A stretch of 64,000 nt of DNA. It comes from the human T2T-CHM13v2.0 reference genome, Homo sapiens. The notes under the pieces are model-generated. The model saw nothing but the letters and a program-made list of their open reading frames with translations. It was not told where the DNA came from and ran no database searches. This document shows, in pieces, positions 27,595 through 44,156 of the stretch (position 1 is the first letter of the stretch; each line of letters begins with the position of its first letter). The stretch is from the NCBI RefSeq assembly GCF_009914755.1, contig NC_060929.1; one strand, given 5' to 3'. A program made the position numbers and the translations under genes.

Positions 27595-28121
27595 TAGCAA
27601 TCTCTAGCCTTTTTGGCATTAGGGATCGGTTTCGTGAAAGACAATTTTTCCACAGACTGTGGTGGGCGGATGGTTTCAGGATGACTCAAGTGCATTACAT
27701 TTCTTGTGCACTTTATTTCTATTATTATTACATTGTAAGACATAATGAAATAATTATACAACTCAACATAATGTAGAATCAGTGGGAATCTTGAGCTATT
27801 TTTCCTGCAACTAGGTGGTTCTATCTGGGGGTGATGAGAGACAGTGACAGATCATCAGGCATTAGAGTTTCAAAAGGAGCATGCAACCTTGATCCCTCAC
27901 ATGCACAGTTCACAATAGGGTTCATGCTCCTATGAGAATCTAATGCCACCACTGGTCTGACAGGAGGTGGAGCTCAGGCAGTAGTGCAAGCGATGGGGAG
28001 CAAGTATAAATATAGACGAAGCTTCACTTGCTTGCCTGCTGCTCACCTCCTCCTGTGCGGCCTGGTTCCTAACAGGCCACAGACTGGTACTGGCCTGTGG
28101 CCTGGGGGTTGGGAACCCCTG
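27595..28121. mobile_element. MER1A hAT-Charlie DNA transposon
   Basis: ~527 bp; 'ggtttcgtgaaagacaatttttccac','ctcctatgagaatctaatgcc','ggggttgggaacccctg'; 8-bp TSD ttgaagaa/ctgaagaa. Confidence 0.92.
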
Positions 28122-28847
28122 CTGAAGAAGATGTTTCCATTTACCTCGCACAATATCATGCTGTTCTGTGTTTCTAATTTCTATTTCCTCTATCCTACTA
28201 CTTTTCACCCTTTTTGTATCATTAAGAAAACCTTCAAACTAGGTAAAAAAATGTTATTATAGCTCTAATAAGTTTATTCCAAGTTCACAAGGATTATATT
28301 TACTTAAAATAATGCTTCATTCAGAATTGACAAAATAGTTCTGCCTTACAATATATCCCACAAAACCCAATTGTACTAAGTGTTTGATAATAGGTTTATA
28401 GCAATGCATTCAAAATTATTAGGACCAAAATAACTGTACATGGCTTGCCCAGTGGTGCTGGTCATAGCAGCAGACATTTCAGTTGGTGTGACAAAACATG
28501 CAGATATTAAAGCATCTGTGTGCATTTTTATATCATTATTCTAACATATAAAATGAGTTGCCTATCAACAGAACAGAATACAGTAGGTACATATTTTAAA
28601 TTATAGATCAATAATTTGTAGAAAAAATTTGGAAGAGTATAGACAACTTAACCAGAGTTCAAATTTTATCTTCTGGCGGTATGCATTTTTAACAGTCACC
28701 CCTCAACTAACACAACTTTTTCCTTCAACCCCCACTCCACTGGCTCTATCAATTTAATTTCTTTTTCCAGTCACTTTATTCAACACGCACACCGCTGCTA
28801 ATCCCACACCCTAAATTAACCTAACCCCAAAGACATGCTCTCACACA

Positions 28848-28918
28848 GTTTATGTAGCTTATTCCCTTAAAGCAATGCACTGAAAATGTCTGGATGGGCC
28901 CACACTGCCCCATAAACA
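28848..28918 (+). tRNA. MT-TF: Nuclear pseudo-copy of mitochondrial tRNA-Phe(GAA)
   Basis: GTTTATGTAGCTTA...CACTGAAAATGT...CCCCATAAACA, 71 nt, anticodon loop CTGAAAA. Confidence 0.95.
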
Positions 28919-28985
28919 AATAGGTTTCATCCTAGCCTTTCTATTGGTTCTTAGTAAGATTACACACTCAAGCATCCCCACCCCG
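28919..28985 (+). rRNA. MT-RNR1: 5' fragment of mitochondrial 12S rRNA (NUMT, non-functional)
   Basis: AATAGGTTT..TCCTAGCCTTTCTATT..TTAGTAAGATTACACA..CAAGCATCCCC directly after tRNA-Phe. Confidence 0.93.
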
Positions 28986-30200
28986 GATAGCACTGATGTC
29001 ATTAGGGAAAACACTTAAGCATTTGGACTCCAACTTCGAAGAATTGAAAGAACATGGTTAAAAAGAGAGGAACAAAGCACTTTTTTGTCTCTTTTTAACT
29101 AGGGATTTTAACTAGGGATTGTCCTAGACCAACTAGACCCATATCAACCTGTTAGGTTCACTATTATACATCGCACATTAGTGAACTTTATTTTCCTTTT
29201 CAGTTTGTTCTTGTTGAATTGCTGTCAGCTAAATTCTCAGAGGAGATTTCACATCTGCTTCTCATATAAACTTCAGCTCTGGTCTAGTGAGGATTAAAGT
29301 CTTCCTGAGAGCCTGACTGAGCAGCATTTCTCCCACTTTATTTGACACAGCACAATTTCACAGTGATGTTGGCACCTTCCCCACTCACTGTGTGCTGTAA
29401 ATCCACTGCATGCCACAAGGTCAGCTGAGTATTAGATACAGAGGTCTGCCAGGGGTGCTGACAGCTCCATCTTTTCTAAGGGAAAGAGAGTGCCGCGTTC
29501 AGAAATTTGGTTGCAATACTGGCCCAAGAGTCAAAAATGATTTCATCTCAAAGGACATGATGATTATTAGGGACTGTGTTTCTATGATTCTTAAATCTCT
29601 TTCCAGAGGTGAACCTTATGGTGTCCTTTCTTAAAGCTTTTGGAAAAGCTGATAGAGAGAAGGAACTGTAACTGAAATGGGAATAAGTGACTGTAAGAAA
29701 GTAAGTCCAGAGAGTCATGCAGAATTAAGAATCTGGTAGTTACATTAGACTTCATTTTTCTTTAGCCCAAGATGGGAGACTTGTTTTAAGAATACCAATT
29801 TCTTGTACAATGGGGGCTTTAGGATCTTTTCTAATTCTCTTTGTTTTGGTTAATTTTAATTTTAAAATTATTTCATTACTTAAATACAACAAATTATATT
29901 AAAATACAGAAAATCAAAATTGTAAACTGTATTACCGGTAAAAATGTAGTAAAGCCAGATTTAAGAATCTCTTTTCCCCAACACCTATTAAAATAAAGTT
30001 TAAACACACTTTTCAAAATCAATCATAAGTATTTTTCAGCAACAATAAAGTAAGAAAAAGAGGACAATGACACTTCCATAAAAGGTAGCCAGGGAAAGAG
30101 AAGATTCTACTATAACTCAGGTTACTCTTAACACCACCTTTACCTATCAAAGCAGAAGTGGGGAGTGAGAACAATATAATACAATCTTAAGAATTGATGA

Positions 30201-30848
<648 letters not shown>

Positions 30849-30957
30849 GAATTGAGATTTGGTGAGTGGGCTAAAGAGACTGAGTGGAAAGACAGAAAAT
30901 TATGACAGAAAAGAATAATCCACAAGAGGACAAACCCTTAACTCACCTGTGGATCTC

Positions 30958-31117
30958 AGGCAGAGCTAGCTTATTGGGCATGCCACCTGTGCATAGGGCT
31001 TCACATTTAGAAGGGTTCCATTCTTGGTTTAATATTTTGCTGTTACAGTCTTGAAAATCTTAATTCTTGAACAAGTTAATCTGTATATTTATTTTGTACT
31101 GTGTGCCATAAATTATG
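30958..31117. mobile_element. MER91-like hAT element
   Basis: 'gggcatgccacctgtgc..gggcttcacatttagaagggttcc..cttggtttaat..ctgttacagtcttgaaaatcttaat..ttttgtactg..cataaattatg'. Confidence 0.6.
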
Positions 31118-31741
31118 ATCTCTGGGAAGGAACTGACATCTGGTCTCACCAGGTTGAAAGAAAAATTCTAAATGAGGCATTTAGTCACCCTATGATATAT
31201 ATTAGACTCATCTGGGAGCTTTTTAAAATCACAATGCTCAGGCTGCATTCCAAATCAATTCAATATGTCTTGACAGATGTGGGGGCAGGGGTAGTGAGGT
31301 GGGATAGGACAAGGCACAATATTTTTAAAAGCTTTAAGGTAAATACAATGTGCAACCAAGAATAACAATCACAGAAGAGAAAGCTGAATGGGAACATACA
31401 CATTTAAATCAGGAGGGGCAGGCATATTGAGGTCTAAATGAAGTACCCAAACTCATCTGTGAATTACGTATGATAGGTTTTTACTCTTTGCCTTTCCCTG
31501 TTTGACCTGTAAATTGTTACTGGTGGAGAAGAATGAAAGCAGGACTTGAATAACTGGGATGATTCTCTTCAACAGAAGCTTTATTTTTATCATAAGAGCT
31601 CTACCCTGAATTTAAGGAAGATCATATTGTCTGATAACCCCCACCAGTGTGTAAGAAGAACTCTGGTACAGAAGATTTAAAATCTCAGTGGAAAGAGTAG
31701 AACCTGTGTCATCCAGCAAAAGGCCCCAGCTGACAGCGATT

Positions 31742-31773
31742 GGTAACACCAGCTATCGGTAACACCAGCTATC
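31742..31773. repeat. Exact 16-bp tandem duplication
   Basis: GGTAACACCAGCTATC x2. Confidence 0.95.
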
Positions 31774-33369
31774 AAGCTCCAGCTCATAGGAAAACACAAA
31801 TTCCCAATAAACTTTCACTAGTCTGATTATAAACTAACTTTCTAAATGTAGAGATGGAACTAGAAATGTATTTTTCTTCTTAAATAAGTGGAGCTATATT
31901 ATATAGATTTGTAAATTAAGGATAAAGTTTTAATGCTCTCTCGTGAGGGTGGGGAAGCAAGCAGGTAGTTCCTAGTCAAGCAGGCGCTTTTAGGACTACA
32001 GGTTCTCAACATATCAGGGAAGACAGAACAACTATAAAAGGAGAGAAAGTGAGAGTTGGTGTTCTAAAAGCCTATGACTCACCAAGGAAACAGGACCCTT
32101 CCTCTTTGGTTTGGGGAGGAAAAGCACTTTCAGAGCTTTTAGCAGATCCAACAGTAGCAGTATGAACTCATTTCATGTACTTTTCCTCTGGGTCTCTAGG
32201 AAAGATGGTTATTGGGCCATCTCTTTAGGGGCCCCTTGAGTTTACTTACGGTTCTTATTGTATGTGGGCAGACCTCCTATGATGGAATAGTTTTAGCCTT
32301 GGTATCTTATCTAACCTCATTAAGCATATTAAATCTTATTAAACTAAAATTAAAGTCTTTTACTTCAAACATTGCATTGGTGCTTAAACTTAACCACTAA
32401 GGATATTACCAATTTGCCTCAGTCAGTTTTCAGCCTTTAAATACATTGGACCTGTGGTATAACCAAAGAAAGAAATTGTTAACAGAAAATCGCATTGAAA
32501 CTTCTGTTTCCTCCAAATATGATAAATTAGTGTGGATCTACATTTTTTCCCCTTGTACAACTTCCATCATGGACATAATGCATAAGGCCTAAGGAGGCTC
32601 ATGGCTTTGTTAAACTATTACAGAAACTGAGAAAATACCAGAGGTGAGAAACATAACGTGGTTGGGTAATAGTGCATTCAATAAAAACAGCGTCTAGGAG
32701 TGTAACAGAGCAAAGCCTTATATTTGTAAATATGAGGTTTTAAGATATGCCTTGGTCTCTCATCATTGACTTTTGTAGATTAGTTCCACAATATTTACTT
32801 CTCAAATGCAGAAAATATACCATATATTTCAGGGGTGTCCAGGAGTCATGGAGTAGCATCAGGATTATTCCAGGATATCTCAGGTGAGGTTGGGAGTGAA
32901 CAACAATACAACACAACAGGAGATAGTGATTACCCCATAAAAAAATGAAGTGCCAGGGCTCTCTGTCTTGAGAAACCATCTGATCTCCATCTTCCAAACT
33001 TTGAAAACTAGGATTTGGACATTGATTTCTCTACATAGATTTACATTACTAGGCTAATGGGGCCAATGCCTCAGGAAAATGTTAGCTCAGAGAGAAACAT
33101 GAAAAGGTGTTTTAGCACAACTACTTGAAGAGAAAGACAGTACAATAACATAAAGTGAACAATATTTATGAGTTCATGTAGATTTTTGGGACAAGACAGA
33201 AGAAATATAGTGGATGGTATTGTAAACACTAGTTAATAAATGTAAGATATTAAATGTACTGTCTGCAAATATTGGTCATGGAAAATAATGTAGTTGATAA
33301 AAAAAGATGAAGTGCAGAATTAATGCAGCTGAAAAACAGATCTGTAAACTAAGATAGGTCAAGGAAATC

Positions 33370-35830
33370 TACCATTTCAAAGAGAATACAGCATGACTAA
33401 GCTGGATTAATTTCAGAAACACAAGCATTATTCAATATTAAGAAGTTAATATGAAAGTATAATTCACCATATTAAATGGTAGTATAATTCACCTTATTAA
33501 ACCCAAAGATCAACCTCATATGATTATCTCAATAAATACTGAAGAAGAATATGATAAAATTTAACATTGATTCTTGATTTCAAAATCATTACATAAAATT
33601 CAGACTGATGAATATTTCCTTAACATGTTGAAATGTGTATCTTTACTTAAAAGCTAACAACTTATTACTGGAGAAGAACTAGGGACATTCCCTCTATAAC
33701 CACTATCACCATTACTACTATTATTTCACTTGTGGTATTAGCCAACAAATTTAGACATGATAAACATATTCAAGGAATGAGAAGTGTGGGTTAAGATAAC
33801 TATAAACTTATATAAACCAACAATCTTCATATATAAAAGCATCTAGCTGAAAAAATACATTGAAAGAGATCGCATTTAAAACAAAAAAGTAAAATAAAAT
33901 ACCTAAAATTAAACTTAACAAGAAACATGTAAAATCTATATAAGAAAAATTAAAATGCTTCTAGAGAAGCCAAAAAGAGACTTGAAAAATGAAACTGCTT
34001 TCAGTGTTTCTGGATATATAGATTAAATATAAAAAGATATAAATTATCTGTAAGTCAATTTATAAATATTATGTAAACCTGATAAAATATTATTCTTCCA
34101 TTTTTATCTTGTGGATCTATTCAAGCTGATTTTAAAGTTTTTATTAAAAAAAACCACTAGCAAGAAAAACCCTAAAAATTAAGAGCAATGAGGGGGCATC
34201 AGGTACTCTACATATCAAAACAGACAAACAAGCCTTAATTATTAAAATGTTGTGACTTTGGCACATGTGAAAACATAAAAACAAACAGACAAAATAGAAA
34301 ATCCTGAAATAAACATATGATAATTTAGTGTAAATGTGACGTTTCAGTCAGTAGCATGATGATGGACTTTTTAAAAGACTATATTGTCTCCTAATGCTAT
34401 CCCTCCCCCCTCTCCCACCCCACAACAGGCCCTGGTGTGTGACATCCCCCTTCCTGTGTCCAAGTGTTCTCATTGTTCAATTCCCACCTATGAGTGAGAA
34501 CATGCAATGTTTGGTTTTTTGTCCTTGCGATAGTTTGCTGAGAATGATGGTTTCCAGCTTCATCCATGTCCCGAGATACACCTAATGTAAATGACAAGTT
34601 AACGGGTGCAGCACACCAACATGGCACATGTATACATATGTAACAAACCTGCACATTGTGCACATGTACCCTAGAACTTAAAGTATAATAATAAAAAAAT
34701 TAAAAAAAATAAAAGACTATATTGTCATAACTGAGTAGCAATTTATTTTATCCAGTAGCACCTACGGTTTACATGTGAAGTGTCAATATATTAAAATACT
34801 AGAAAAAAATTGAATTGTCTGTGAAATCTTACAGTGTAGAAGTTGATTCTTACTAATATTCAAAACTTAACAGTCATAAAATAAAATATTGTTAAATTTG
34901 AGCATATGTATACAAAAACATCTGCATAGTAAAATGAGAAAGATATATAAGCAATTTCAAAATACATATGACAAACCAAAAAAAATAGCTATATCAGAGA
35001 AAAAGGACAACTCCTGTTTTATGTTAGAAGCTCCTAGGAATTTACATGAAAATGATAAATAATTCTATATAAAAAAGGCAAAAGGCACACGGTTTGACAT
35101 TTCAAAGAAAAATAAATAAGACACATATTTGAAGATGTTTAACTTCATTTAGAAGATGTGCAAATGAAAGCCACATTAAAATGTCATTTTCATATCCAGA
35201 AAAAATACAAAAATTTAACAATATGTTGTAGAGAAAGCTGAGAGGAAAAGCAACGCTATGTAACTTGCTGTTAGGAGCGCAGTAGGATATAACCCTACGA
35301 AGGGAATATGGCATTGTCTACAAAATTAGAGATATATTTACCCCTTTAACTGCAATCTCATTAGGGGAATCCATTTTACAGATAAAACTGAATAGGTAAG
35401 AAATAGCATAGATCTAAGTTTATTCAATTAGGTATTGTATGTAATACAAAAGATAGGAAAACAATAATCCAGCAATAGGGAATTGGTTAAGTAAACTATA
35501 ATGTATTACCAACAATTTTTTTAGAAGGAGAAAGGTTTCTGTGTATTGTTCTGGAGAGATGGTCAGGCAACATTGCTAAGTTAAAAATGCAAGTTGAAAA
35601 TATTGTCGACAGTATGTTAATTCCTATAAAGGAAAAAGAAGACAACAAGAATAGTATTTTCTCTTACTGCTTTTGTATAAGAAACATTAATATCAAACAA
35701 TTATTAAAATGGTTTTTTCAAAGGAGGTTGGAAGAATGTAATAGCTTTGACATAGATGGGAACAAGACTTTTCAGGGAACACTTATAAATATTATTTTGA
35801 TTTTTATACTATGTAAACAGGATACCTATT
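33370..35830 (+). mobile_element. Old L1M (L1MC/ME-type) ORF2 to 3' relic, interrupted by a young L1
   Basis: A-rich degenerate ORF2 motifs ('tgattatctcaataaatactgaagaagaatatgataaaatttaacat','aaatacctaaaattaaacttaacaagaaacatgtaaaatc'); boundaries approximate. Confidence 0.7.
34389..34710 (+). mobile_element. Short L1PA 3' end with 5' inversion (twin priming)
   Basis: Inverted piece 34389-34572, sense piece 34573-34710 ending in poly-A; TSD AAAAGACTATATTGTC at 34373-34388 and 34711-34726 with a TTTT/AAAA nick site. Confidence 0.95.
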
Positions 35831-36940
35831 CAAAAATTCATTAATTATAAGCACATTCTAGAAAAAAAAAGATTTGGTGAACAATTGTATAAATGTGGTA
35901 GAGGATGAATCATTTATCTATCTGAGATACTCTCTGTTTAAGGTGGTATCCAGGTAGACAATGAAGATCCCATGGATGATAGTAGGAGATGGATACTTTA
36001 GGGGTAAACATTCAAGAATGTGATCATTGGTAATAATGAAAAGGAGGAGGGTCTTCATAACAAATTGGTGTGATAATAGTCTGGATATATCTGCACAGCA
36101 AACAGAGGATAGACTTAACCTTTCAATGTGGAGAAATGCTGAGTAGGAGAGAAAAAGCAAACTCCACTTAAGAGACCACAGGGAAAGCAGCATCCCTTTT
36201 TGCATCAAAGTGATGAAAAAGGAACACTGAAAAACAGTTGAAGACACAGAGGGCGTTGATGCTAATGGAACATTCCAGAAGGCAGAGTGGGGCCAGATAA
36301 AAGAAAGTAGAGTGCAGTATGAGAATGCTGAATGATGCATGGTAAAGTGAGATAAAGACTGTAGAAAGATAGTTTAGAATTGTCTTCTGGAGAGTTTGCA
36401 ATAGTCCTCCCAAGTCGAGGGTCATTTCAGATGTTTCAATGATTGGCAAGAAAAGATGTAGACGAAGAGAGGAAGGCCAACCGTTTACCTCAAATGTGTA
36501 TGGCACTTTCCCCACATCCATTTAGAGCAGGTTATCCCTTCAAAGATCCTTTCGGTGGATGCTGGTCACAGAGCTACCACATTCTTAGGAATATTATTGA
36601 TGAAAAGAAAAAAGAAAGATGTAATATTTTCCTGAGGTAAAATAATGTTTCATAAGGTAAAATAGAAGTCAGTATTTATTTTGGGGATGGCAAACTTTAC
36701 CTGGTTCCTGTGCTCCTGGAAAACAGTGATGATTAAGAAATCCCCTACATGTTTGTGTACTAGCAAACAGTTTACTGTAAAGAACCACCCTTTTCCATAG
36801 GACTTCAAAAACTCGAATAGATGGCTTTTTACCTGTGACCAGACCAGACACAGACATACTAAATCTCCATTCTTTGACCAAGAAATGATAGCCTACACTG
36901 TTTTGTTCTTTCTGCTCAATCTGAATAAACTACCCAAAAA

Positions 36941-37295
36941 TGTTACTAAACAAAATTTAGTTAGGCTTCTCTCCTTCCCTCTGAATTTGACTTGCCCTTA
37001 GATTGCAAAAGCACGGGAAAGTGGAACAATTCTTCCTTTTGGACCCTCCAGAGAATCGGAACCATGGAGAAAAACATTTCCTGCTTAACTGTCTGACCAT
37101 ATCATCTACTCATCCCACTCCCAAACACCAGTTCCTTCTAGTCTTGCTTACTCCTTCTTAGAAAAGGAAAGACCTTTCTGTCTGACCTTTAAGACACTTG
37201 CAAATCTTCTGGTCAGAGATTCTGGTCGTACATGTTGCAAGAGTCCCCTGAACAGTCTTTCCTTACTAAGTACAAGACTCTCACGTTTTCTTTGT
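36941..37295 (+). mobile_element. Old ERV1-class LTR (MER90/MER110-like); may extend upstream to ~36720
   Basis: 'tgttactaaacaaaatttagttaggcttctc','gcttactccttcttagaaaaggaaagacc','gttgcaagagtcccctgaacagtctttccttactaag'. Confidence 0.45.
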
Positions 37296-37434
37296 TTATA
37301 TATTTTGTTTTGTTTTTCATATTGCCATGGTGGTGGTGCTTGCTCACTTAAACTGAAGTTTAAAGAGGAACTAGCGCTATGAGAATGCTAGAGATGTAAA
37401 TTTGAGATCATCTACACAGAGATGAGCAAATGGC

Positions 37435-37746
37435 GGCTGGGTGTGGTGGATCACTCCTGTAATCCCAGCGCTTTGGGAGGCCGAGGCAGGTATGTCACTT
37501 CAGTTCAGGAGTTAGAGACCAGCTTTGGCAACATGGTGAACTCTCCATGTCTACTAAAAATACAAGAAATAGCCAGGTGTGGTGGCACACATCTGTAGTC
37601 CCAATTACTCAGGAGGCTGAGGTGGGAGGATCTCCTGAACCCCTGAGGCAGAGGCTGCATGAGCCGAGGTCACACCACTGCACTCTAGCCTGGGTGACAG
37701 AGTGAGACCCCATCTCAATAAATAAATAAATAAATAAAATAAAAAA
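37435..37746 (+). mobile_element. AluJ with (AAAT)n tail
   Basis: Dimeric Alu; TSD core AGATGAGCAAA at 37420-37430 and 37748-37758. Confidence 0.93.
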
Positions 37747-38247
37747 CAGATGAGCAAAAGGTGAAAAAAGTCAAAATATTGGCAAGGAAACCCATATAAC
37801 ATTCCAAAGAAAAAATTGACAAGATGAAACATGGACCCAAAGCAGAGGATTTTCCAGATTCTCCATCAAAGCCTTCAGAAAAGGATTATGTAGTTCATCC
37901 TGAGTCTCAGAAGATACCTGCTGGCCCGAAAATAAAACCATTATGTCACATTGCAAAAAGTAAAAGGTCTAATAACTCAGTTGGTGTTAACAGTGATGGG
38001 GAGGAATTGCGTGAAGAGAAAGTCTTTTGAAGATAGAACAGATGAAAAGTTTTATAGTCTTCAATGTTTGAGGATAGAGATAGTGGTGATGACTTCATTT
38101 AAAAAGTCAGATGGACCTGAAAGAAGGAAAGTAGTTGTCATTCTTCAGTTTAAGCACAAAAACAATAACAACAACGGCAAACCACTCTCAAAAATGTTAC
38201 CTGGCGAAGATGTTCTTGAATCTCATTGGTATATAAGAAATGACATC

Positions 38248-38341
38248 AGGTATATCTCCTAATGCTATCCACCCCACAAACCTGCATGTTGTGCCCAGGT
38301 ACCCTAGAACTTAAAGTATAATAAAAAAAATTAAAAAAAAA
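38248..38341 (+). mobile_element. Minimal (~90 bp) L1 3' end with a ~22-bp inverted 5' piece
   Basis: Inverted 'ggtatatctcctaatgctatcc', then sense 'acaaacctgcatgttgtgc..taccctagaacttaaagtataataaaaaaaa'; imperfect TSD aagaaatgacatca / aagaatgacaaca. Confidence 0.8.
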
Positions 38342-38401
38342 GAATGACAACAAACAAAGTACAGAAGCCAGGAAGTTTGAATCAGTATTTTTCCATTCTT
38401 T

Positions 38402-41435
<3,034 letters not shown>

Positions 41436-43857
41436 AGTATTTTTCCATTCTTTATATGGTTTTTAAAGCTCTAGAAGAAATTACAGAGAACAGGCTTTTA
41501 ATAGCACAACTCCAGATTTTCAGCGAAATGAATCTCAGATCAAGAATCAGTTTAATAAGAGCACACAAAGAAGTCTTGAAAGTAAAAAACAGAAATTGCA
41601 TCTGACTCTCCATCCTGCATTGGAAGTGAGCAGGAGGTGAAAAGCACAGCAATCTAACATTGTGGTTTCTGGGGAAACATTACATTTGATGATTAGTGCC
41701 TCTTCTGTGAGCTTTTTGTCTAAAAATTATTATCTTTTTACTGGCATATGACTTAAACTCCTATCTGAATAAGATCCTTTGGAGAGGCTACAAATGTCAG
41801 TTTTTGTCTTTGTTTTTCCTTTTCAAGTGTGTTCAAGTTATGTTTATATAAGCCTTTCACAAATCAAGTAAGTACTTAAATTGATTTTTAGTAATATGCT
41901 CCAAACCGTTTCCTCTATATTTTAGGATTACAGCGGTCTCAGATTTTCTCATTTGTGTTTACCATGAAGTATATTTCACTGGTTCAGTCCTATGTTTTCT
42001 TTTGCCTTGAAAATAGTGTTAAGGTAAATTTCAAATCATGAAAAACATAGGAAATTATAACTATGTGAAATAAATCGCCTTTGTTAAGAGTTATTCTTGT
42101 TAGTAAGACTAAGAGAGTAACTTGATTATGCAAATAAATGTGACAAATTGTACAAATAAATATTAATTTGTTATAATAGTTGAAAAAAAATTAAAATAAA
42201 ATGGATCCTCAAGAAATCTCAAATCTTGACACCAGGCAATTAGCACTGATGACTATTAAAAAGTAATGTTTGCAAACCATTTGTTGGTTAGTAAATACTT
42301 TCTCCTGTAATAATTGAGTTTATTAAAAACCTGTAGAAGACTACTTTTTTTCTGCTATGCAAACTCCCATAAAGAAACTTAACTACAGCTGATTTGACAC
42401 AATGAAATGTTAAATATCCTCTCATCACCATAGGAAGAGATGTTTTTATCACCACAGGTAGTAAAAGACAGTTGTTGCCAGAAAACAGATATAACTTTTT
42501 ACATCGAATCTGTCAGAGCACCCATTTAAAAGTACATTTAGAGAAAGAAAATAGAAGCATATTCATCAAAGCAGCATAATGCCAACTTTCAAGAATACTT
42601 TAGAAAAGCAATTCCTTCGTAGGCCTGGCAGAGGAAAATGAGAATGGAAATTGACTAAAAGGACTTCCATCAATAAAATTAAGTAGGATGTGAAAATATT
42701 TAAACAGAATAAACGCCTAAAATAAATTACTATTTTATTTCTTCAATTGGTTTTTACCAAATCTTTAATTCTAAACTTCAATACTTTAAATTGTTTTTGT
42801 AATTTTTATACCCACGATTTATGTGAAATCACTCACCACACAGTCAACTTCTGAAATACATTTATTAAGTGTTAACAATCATTCCAGAAGTGTATACCGC
42901 TTTTTATCATTTAATCCTCAACTCTATAAGATTGCCACCATTTTAAAAGAAAGAACCTGGGACATAGAAAGTTCCACTTGTCTGCCCAAACTTTTATAGG
43001 TATTAAGTGTCAAATTTTTCTCCCAAGCCTATGGTCTTAAACCACTCTGCCTTACATTTATAAATCTGACTCAAGCAAGGTCATTTCAGAAACTAACCTT
43101 GCTTGTGTCTTTTCTTGCAAACTATACATTCAATACAGAATTATGATGGTGTTATAAGGAATAGAATGGAAGAAGGGTTTAGGGTATCAGTTCTCTTTCA
43201 CCTTTCTTTTGGCTTATCCAATACTCTAACCAATCTATTTCACTCTCTGCCAGTTTTCTGAGTCAAAGGTCCATGTAGATAAAAAGGGAGAAGGTCCATG
43301 TAGAAAAAAAGGAGTAGAGAAAAATCATAGCCTTTTTTTCACTTTTTGTTTTTCTCCCTTGTAGTAAGCCTCCCACTTTGCTTTAGACAGCTTTACTTAA
43401 ACAGAAATAATTGGTACAGATTGATTGTTACAGTCAGGTATGAAGTCTATTATTCAAACTTTCTTTTGAGAGTGCCCCCAAGCAAGAACTATTCTAGCCA
43501 ATGTCTTTGACTTCTACAAAATCAGCTGTTTGAGAGCATTAAATAGTTAGCATTGTTAAAAATTGTAGAGCTGGTGGGTTGAGTCATAATTTCCACTGAT
43601 ATATTAACCTGATAATGTTGTTAGTAATCTTGTACACTGTATTATTGAGAGCAGCATTCAAAACAGAATGCACCTTCTCCTAGGTCAAGGCAAGACCAAT
43701 TCACCTACATTTCGTGTTAAGTTACTAGACACTTTTCAAACTTGCTAGTTATATGACCAAGAGGATTGCTGAATTCTCTGAGGCTTTCCTTAACCTTTGC
43801 ACTTTATAAATTATGACTAATATTTATTTTGTTGTAAGAAATAGAATGATGTATAAA

Positions 43858-43907
43858 GTGTGTGTGTGTGTGTGTGTGTGTCTGTGTGTGTGTCTGTGTG
43901 TGTGTGT
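43858..43907. repeat. (TG)n microsatellite at an Alu tail
   Basis: Interrupted TG run abutting the Alu 3' end. Confidence 0.95.
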
Positions 43908-44156
43908 TTAAGACAGGGTCTTGCTCTGTCACCTAGCCTGGAGTGCAGCTCAAATGATCCTCCTGCCTCAGCCTCCATAGTAGCTGGCACTATAGATGTG
44001 CATCACCATGCCTGGTTAGTTTCTTAACGTTTTGTAGAGATGAGGGGGGTCTTACTATGTTGCCCAGGCTGGTCTAGTACTCCTGGGCTGAGGTGATTCG
44101 CCTGCCTCAGCTTCCCAACGCACTGGGATTACAGGAATGAGTCACCACACCCAGCC
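43908..44156 (-). mobile_element. AluJ with internal deletion in the right arm
   Basis: 'agacagggtcttgctctgtc..ggagtgcag|ctcaaatgatcctcctgcctcagcc'. Confidence 0.9.

Larger units (their letters stand above)
28649..28985 (+). pseudogene. NUMT: end of mitochondrial control region (LSP, HSP1), tRNA-Phe and start of 12S rRNA
   Basis: 'accagagttcaaattttatcttctggcggtatgcatttttaacagtcaccc','cacaccgctgctaa','ccccaaagaca', then tRNA-Phe and 'aataggtttcatcctagcctttctattgg...gtaagattacaca' in mitochondrial order. Confidence 0.97.

Noticed and set aside
35918-36640. ORFs of 140 and 117 aa
   Set aside because: No recognisable domain or splice context; purine-rich sequence resembling decayed L2
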